A DNA stretch of 64,000 nt from Candidatus Methanomethylicaceae archaeon GD_Cm_T35_P0_bin.15 (GTDB lineage: Archaea > Thermoproteota > Methanomethylicia > Methanomethylicales > Methanomethylicaceae), in contig JAULTD010000003.1 of NCBI GenBank assembly GCA_038801785.1, forward strand, positions 15,169 through 79,168, read 5' to 3'. The notes below the pieces were generated by a model. The model ran no database searches and had not been told where the DNA came from. It worked only from the letters and a program-made list of their open reading frames with translations. The position numbers and the translations under genes were made by a program. Positions 59,351 to 64,000 of the stretch are shown piece after piece. The stretch's first letter is position 1, and each line of letters begins with the position of its first letter.

Positions 59351-60394
59351 ATGCCAGTTACGGTTCTAGTTGGCGGCTTCTTCGGAGACGAGGGGAAAAA
59401 CAGCGCGCGCTAGCGGCTGTTCCCCAGAGGCAAGATAGCCGCCTACCTCGGGTTTAAGGACAACTACAAGTTGGCAGTGAGGACTGGATCGATCAACGCA
59501 GGCCATACGCTGGTCCACGGCGGGAAGGAGATCAAACTGCGGATCGTCCCCTGCGCATTTGTCAGCGAGGGCACGAGGCTCCTAGTCGGAGCGGGCGCCC
59601 TCTACAGCAGGGAGCAGTTCTTCAGGGAGGTGGAGCTGACAGGCACCCGGGGAAGGATATTCGTCGATGCCGGGAGCGGGGTGATCACCCCGGAGCACAT
59701 CCAGAAGGAGAGGAGCGACGAGTTCCTGATGAAGAAGGTCGGGTCGACTGGTTCAGGGGTGGGCACCGCGTCGGTCGAGAGGGTGCTCCGTGTACTAAAG
59801 CTGGCAAAGGACTTTGAGGACCTCGCGCCGTACTCGACAGATGTGCTGAGGGAGGTCCATGACTGTCTTAAGGTGGGAGGGAACGTCCTCTTGGAGGGGA
59901 CGCAGGGGTTCTACCTCTCACTCTACCACGGAGGCTACCCGTTCGTAACGAGCAGGGATGTCTCGGCGTCGGCGGTCTGCAGTGAGGTGGGTGTCGGGCC
60001 CAAGGACGTGGACGAGGTCGTGGTGGTCTTCAAGTCGTACGTCACCAGGGTCGGCGGCGGGCCCCTGGAGGGCGAACTCCCGGAGGACGAGGCCGTGAGG
60101 AGGGGGTGGATGGAGATCGCCACCGTAACCGGGAGGAAGAGGAGGGCGGCGCCCTTCAACTATGCGCTAGCGGAGAGGGCGCTCAGGGCGAACTCCGGGA
60201 CCCAGATAGCCCTCACGAAGCTGGATGCGGTCTTCCCCGCATGCAGGGGGGCGACCTCGTACGAGAGGCTGCCGGACGCGGCAAAGGGCTTCGTGAAGGA
60301 GATCGAGGACAACCTGGGCACCCCAGTCACGATAATCGGGACTGGACCGGGGACTACTGAGATCGTCGACCGCAGGGAGGGGGGGCGGGTCTAG
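59351..60394 (+). CDS. purA: Adenylosuccinate synthetase (short archaeal type); predicted join(59351..59397,59428..60394), 337 aa after intron removal
   Basis: MPVTVLVGGFFGDEGK|GKIAAYL...NAGHT...GSTGSGVG...EGTQG..LSL..G.YPFVTS...VTRVGGGP...TVTGR.RR...TKLD...GTGP; the ORF track (59471 start) misses the P-loop because of an in-frame TAG inside the insertion. Confidence 0.93.
59398..59427 (+). other. Predicted 30-nt bulge-helix-bulge/loop type intron in the purA mRNA
   Basis: GGGG(59392-95)/CCCC(59422-25) 4-bp helix flanked by 3-nt AAA and AGA; inner stem AACAGC/GCTGTT; cutting AA^A and AG^A yields GAG GGG AAA GGC AAG = EGKGK. Confidence 0.85.
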
Positions 60395-60483
60395 GGCTGG
60401 ATTAGTTTTTTTCGCCCTCCCCCTTCTCTTTCCCTGTCCTCGCCCCGACTTCCTCTTCCCTCACCCTTATCCTTGCCCTTCCC

Positions 60484-60531
60484 TTCATTTCATTTCAGTT
60501 CATTTCAGTTCATTTCATTTCATTTCATTTC
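60484..60531 (+). repeat. Pentanucleotide microsatellite (TTTCA/GTTCA) x~9 between convergent genes
   Basis: ttcatttcatttcagttcatttcagttcatttcatttcatttcatttc. Confidence 0.85.
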
Positions 60532-60992
60532 TTCTCGCTCTTCTCGCCTACATCCTCGCCCATCGAGCCTGCCTTCTTTTTGGCTGTCCGGGCGGTGCCG
60601 ATCCCGCCGGAAACAGGGTGTTTCTCCCTACGCAGGCGCATGATCAGACGGGCCAGTGCCGAATCGGCACAGAGGAGGGCCCCGAGCGTCCCTTCGAGGT
60701 CGCCCTTACCAAACAGCTCCCTTGCGCCGAGGAGGTGTTCGGTCACATGGCAGAGCGCCCGCTCAGGCCCGGTCCCCCTCGCGGGCGGAGGCCGGGCCGC
60801 CAGGCCGTATGTCAGCCTGAGGAGGACGATCGCGTACTGGACCTCCAGTCTGCAGAGAAGGACCGTCTTGTAGAGCTGCATACCCGCCCCCGAGGAGAGC
60901 AGGTCGGACGCAGAGCCGACAGATCGCAGCGCCTTTGCGAGCGCATCGTCTAGGGCTGGCATGGGGTCGGCGGGAGCCGGGCTGGCGGTCAA
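60525..60992 (-). CDS. Hypothetical helical protein downstream of glmS
   Basis: ORF starts 13 nt after the glmS stop with GAGG upstream; no recognised motif. Confidence 0.5.
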   Translation of the reverse strand: MTASPAPADPMPALDDALAKALRSVGSASDLLSSGAGMQLYKTVLLCRLEVQYAIVLLRLTYGLAARPPPARGTGPERALCHVTEHLLGARELFGKGDLEGTLGALLCADSALARLIMRLRREKHPVSGGIGTARTAKKKAGSMGEDVGEKSEKK

Positions 60993-61005
60993 GAGGATCG
61001 CCGCC

Positions 61006-62826
61006 TCAGAGGACTGTTACGGACTTTGCCAAGTTCCGCGGCTTGTCGGGGTCCAGTCCCCTGAAGGTCGCGACGTAGTAGGCAAAGAGCTGGAGGGGGA
61101 CGGTGCAGACTATCGGCGTTATGAACTCGGGCACTTCGGGGACCTCAAAGTAATCGTCGGATATAGTCTGGAGCTCCTCATCCCCTTCCGTGATTATCGA
61201 GAAGATCTCGGCGCCCCTTGCCTTCATCTCCATCATGTTGCCGATCACCCTGCTCCGGGCAGAGTCCTTTGGGGCGGCGAAGACGCAGAGGAACCCCGGT
61301 TCTACGAGGGAGATCGGACCATGCTTCGACTCGCCCGCGGGGTAGCCCTCCGCGTGTATGTAGCTGATCTCCTTGAGCTTGAGGGCACCCTCCAGCGCGG
61401 TGGCAACGTTGAGGCCCCTTGCGAGGAAGAAGGCGTCCCTCTTGAGGGAGTGCTTCAGGGCGATCTCCTCTATCTTCTTGGAGCCGCGGAGTATCCTCTC
61501 TACCAGGTCCGGGACCCCGGCGAGCTGCTCCCTCTTCAGGGAGTACGCCTCCTCGGAGAGTATCCCCCTCCTCAGCCCGGTCCTCAGCATCAGCATCTCG
61601 AGGGCGACCAGCTGCGTCAGGAGCGTCTTCGTGGCCGCGACCCCTATCTCGGGACCGCTCTGGGTGCAGATATAGGTGCTGGAGAGGGTCGTTATCGAGC
61701 TCCCGAGCGTATTGGTAATCCCGACGATGGTGGCACCCTGGCTCCTCGCGTATTTCAGGGCGTTCAGCGTATCGGCGGTCTCGCCAGACTGTGAGACGCC
61801 TACCACAGTGCTTCCCTTGAGGTTGTTGACGGCGTCCTGAAACTCGGAGGAGATGACGGCCCTGACGTTCATGCCGAGGAGCTTTGAGAAGAGGTACGAG
61901 GCGGTAAGGCAGGCGTGATATGACGTGCCAGACCCGGTCAGGTACACCTCCCCCTTCATAAGCTCGGAGGCCCTGTCCAGGAAGTGGGGGGAGATCTTGA
62001 GCGTCTCCCGGATAGCGGCAGGCTGCTCGAACATCTCCTTGAGCATGAAGTGGGGATAGCCGCCCTTCTCGGACATCTTCGAATCCCAGGTGATCTCGAC
62101 GTAGCTGGGGTCCTTGGGCCGGCCCCAGATATCCTCGAGGGTAACCCCGCCCCTCGTCAGGACGGCGACCTCGTCGTCCTGCATCACGAGCACCCTCCTG
62201 GTGAACGGGAGGAGGGCGGTCGTATCCGAGGCGCAGTAGGTGCCGCTGCAGTTGCAGTTGCCGCTGCCGCTGCCGCTGATGCCGATGACGAGGGGGCTCT
62301 CCTTCTTCACGCAGATTATCTTGTCGGGCTCGGAACTGGAGATGACGGCCAGTGCGAAGGAGCCCTTGAGGGATTGGACTGCACGGACGGTGGCCTCCTT
62401 AAGGCGGAGACCGGATTTGATCCCGTCCTCGATCAGGTGGGAGATCACCTCGGTGTCGGTGTTGGAGAGGAACCTGTGCCCCCGCTTCAAGAGGTCCTCC
62501 TTCAGCGGGATAAAATTTTCAAGGACGCCGTTGTGAGCCACGGCGATGGTTTTAGAACAATCGAGGTGAGGGTGGGCGTTCTCCCTACAGGGAGCTCCGT
62601 GAGTCGCCCACCTCGTGTGGCCTACCCCTATATCCCCCGAAAGTCTAGAGAGATCTAGACTGTTAATAAATTCGGCGATCTTCCCTTTATCCTTTTCCAA
62701 TCGTATGCCATTGTTCTGGATTACAGCCACTCCGACCGAGTCATAGCCGCGGTACTCTAGCCTCTTTAGGCCTTCAAGGATTGCGACGGTAGCCCCGTCA
62801 CAGAGGCAGCCAAAGATACCGCACAC
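61006..62826 (-). CDS. glmS: Glutamine--fructose-6-phosphate transaminase
   Basis: (M)CGIFG, LEYRGYDS, GHTRWATHG, HNG, SQSGETADT, GPEIGVAATKT, EGALKLKEISY, KPRNLAKSVTV. Confidence 0.97.
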   Translation of the reverse strand: MCGIFGCLCDGATVAILEGLKRLEYRGYDSVGVAVIQNNGIRLEKDKGKIAEFINSLDLSRLSGDIGVGHTRWATHGAPCRENAHPHLDCSKTIAVAHNGVLENFIPLKEDLLKRGHRFLSNTDTEVISHLIEDGIKSGLRLKEATVRAVQSLKGSFALAVISSSEPDKIICVKKESPLVIGISGSGSGNCNCSGTYCASDTTALLPFTRRVLVMQDDEVAVLTRGGVTLEDIWGRPKDPSYVEITWDSKMSEKGGYPHFMLKEMFEQPAAIRETLKISPHFLDRASELMKGEVYLTGSGTSYHACLTASYLFSKLLGMNVRAVISSEFQDAVNNLKGSTVVGVSQSGETADTLNALKYARSQGATIVGITNTLGSSITTLSSTYICTQSGPEIGVAATKTLLTQLVALEMLMLRTGLRRGILSEEAYSLKREQLAGVPDLVERILRGSKKIEEIALKHSLKRDAFFLARGLNVATALEGALKLKEISYIHAEGYPAGESKHGPISLVEPGFLCVFAAPKDSARSRVIGNMMEMKARGAEIFSIITEGDEELQTISDDYFEVPEVPEFITPIVCTVPLQLFAYYVATFRGLDPDKPRNLAKSVTVL

Positions 62827-62913
62827 CGGAGACACCAGACTGTATATTAAATGCCTAATTAAAAAAATGTATCTGAGTCTGACGCCGTCCCTCTTAATCG
62901 GAAGGCACCGGGA

Positions 62914-64000
62914 TCAGTGCCCGCACTTATTGAGGGCGCGGTTGATCTCATCCCTGAGCATCCCGAAGATGACCTTTCCGTCCACCTTCCCCCGGTAGGC
63001 CTCCATGAGATCGCCCATCAACGGTTTTATCGCCCGCTCCCCTTCCCTGAGCACGAGTTCCATGTTCCTGCCCACCACCTCGGCCACCTTCTCCTGCAGG
63101 ACCGAGGAGTCGACCGCCCCGAGGGAGAGGGCGCCAAATGCGTCGTCGACGCTCTTCCCCCTGTTGGAGGCCAGCCACCGGAGCACCTCGGGGACGGCTT
63201 CCTTGCCAGCACCTCCCCGGAAGACCCTCCTGAGTACCTCACCGATCAGTTCCTCATCCAGCGACTCCACATCGACCCCCTCCCTCCTGAGCATCTTGAA
63301 GGTGTACTCGTACGTCGCGGCGACGGAGGGGGCGGGCAGGCCGTCATCCCTGACGAGCCTCTCGAAAGCAGAGGCGTACGGCGACTCGGCGATCAGCGAG
63401 GCGAGATCCCTGCTCAGGCCATACTCCTTCGAGTAGCGGTCGGCCTTGGCGTCGAGAAGTTCGGGAAGGTTGCTGGATACCTCCCTGAGGAGGGCGCTGT
63501 CTACCACAATAGATGGGACGTCGGTCTCGGGGTACATCCTGGCCGAGCCCGGCATCGGCCTCATAAACCGAGTTGTGCCGTCAGGGTTGGCCGCCCTCAC
63601 CTCGGACGGGACCCCCCGCAGCGCCTCGTAGGCTCTCTCGACCGCGGCGGTGACGGCCCTCTCCGCCTTCTCAGCCGCCGCGGCGACGAAGATAATACAG
63701 TCCCCCGCGTCTGCTTCGAGCCTCTCCCTCATCCTCCGCACGTCCTCGCCGGTTATGCCGTAAGCAGGGAGTTCGTCGGTATGGAATATCCCGCCAACCC
63801 CGCCAGCGGCCTTCGCCCGGTCCGAGAGCTCTGTGCCGAACCTCCTACCCGGCTGGAGCTCGGTCCCGAGTATGCCGGAGAAGCCGGGTAGGACGGCGGC
63901 CATGACCCTGCCTCCGGACTCCACTGCCTTCCTGACGACCTTGCTGCCGGCGGGCGCGATATCGGTAATGTCCTGCGGCGGCCCCGCCTGCCGGACCTTT
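62914..64000 (-). CDS. gatE: Glu-tRNA(Gln) amidotransferase subunit E (5'-truncated by window edge)
   Basis: GRRFGTEL, GIFHTDELPAYGI, GVPSEVR, RPMPGSARMYPETD. Confidence 0.95.
   Translation of the reverse strand, partial: KVRQAGPPQDITDIAPAGSKVVRKAVESGGRVMAAVLPGFSGILGTELQPGRRFGTELSDRAKAAGGVGGIFHTDELPAYGITGEDVRRMRERLEADAGDCIIFVAAAAEKAERAVTAAVERAYEALRGVPSEVRAANPDGTTRFMRPMPGSARMYPETDVPSIVVDSALLREVSSNLPELLDAKADRYSKEYGLSRDLASLIAESPYASAFERLVRDDGLPAPSVAATYEYTFKMLRREGVDVESLDEELIGEVLRRVFRGGAGKEAVPEVLRWLASNRGKSVDDAFGALSLGAVDSSVLQEKVAEVVGRNMELVLREGERAIKPLMGDLMEAYRGKVDGKVIFGMLRDEINRALNKCGH

Noticed and set aside
59411-59413. In-frame TAG in purA read as pyrrolysine or by read-through
   Set aside because: Read-through would leave 10 extra residues inside the GDEGKGK phosphate-binding loop; precise excision at the BHB-type motif explains the sequence better
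59351-60394. purA as a pseudogene or as starting at TTG 59471
   Set aside because: Promoter, SD and all other motifs are intact, and a 59471 start would lack the essential P-loop
60484-60531. Short repeats as a CRISPR array
   Set aside because: Contiguous 5-mers with no spacers and no cas genes

Overview
GC-rich archaeal chromosomal window. The TACK-type gene set (type II GAPDH, Alba, Sm next to archaeal MAT, GatB and GatE, cupin PGI, short PurA) suggests an anaerobe such as Methanomethylicales/Verstraetearchaeota; that placement is inference only. Content is mostly housekeeping and central metabolism: gatB (partial), iorAB, ADP-forming acyl-CoA ligase beta, a two-gene S-layer-like locus, an Fe/B12-type ABC transporter, a pgi-pgk-gap-usp-pgm cluster, DNA ligase, a CBS cluster, rqc2, split class I fumarase, mat, pyrG, a biotin-dependent acyl-CoA carboxylase operon, hypB, cofE, purA, glmS and gatE (partial). 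I saw no tRNA, rRNA, CRISPR or mobile element. The main signal is a 30-nt insertion with an in-frame TAG inside the GDEGKGK P-loop of purA. It folds into a bulge-helix-bulge/loop motif, and cutting at the canonical splicing-endonuclease positions exactly restores GDEGKGK, so it is a candidate archaeal mRNA intron outside the classic cbf5 case. Other notable items: an aldehyde:ferredoxin oxidoreductase fused to a hexulose-6-phosphate synthase domain, a double-guide box C/D sRNA matching the 23S peptidyl-transferase region, an unannotated 53-aa Cys-rich ORF, a probable CTG start codon, and widespread microsatellite expansions.
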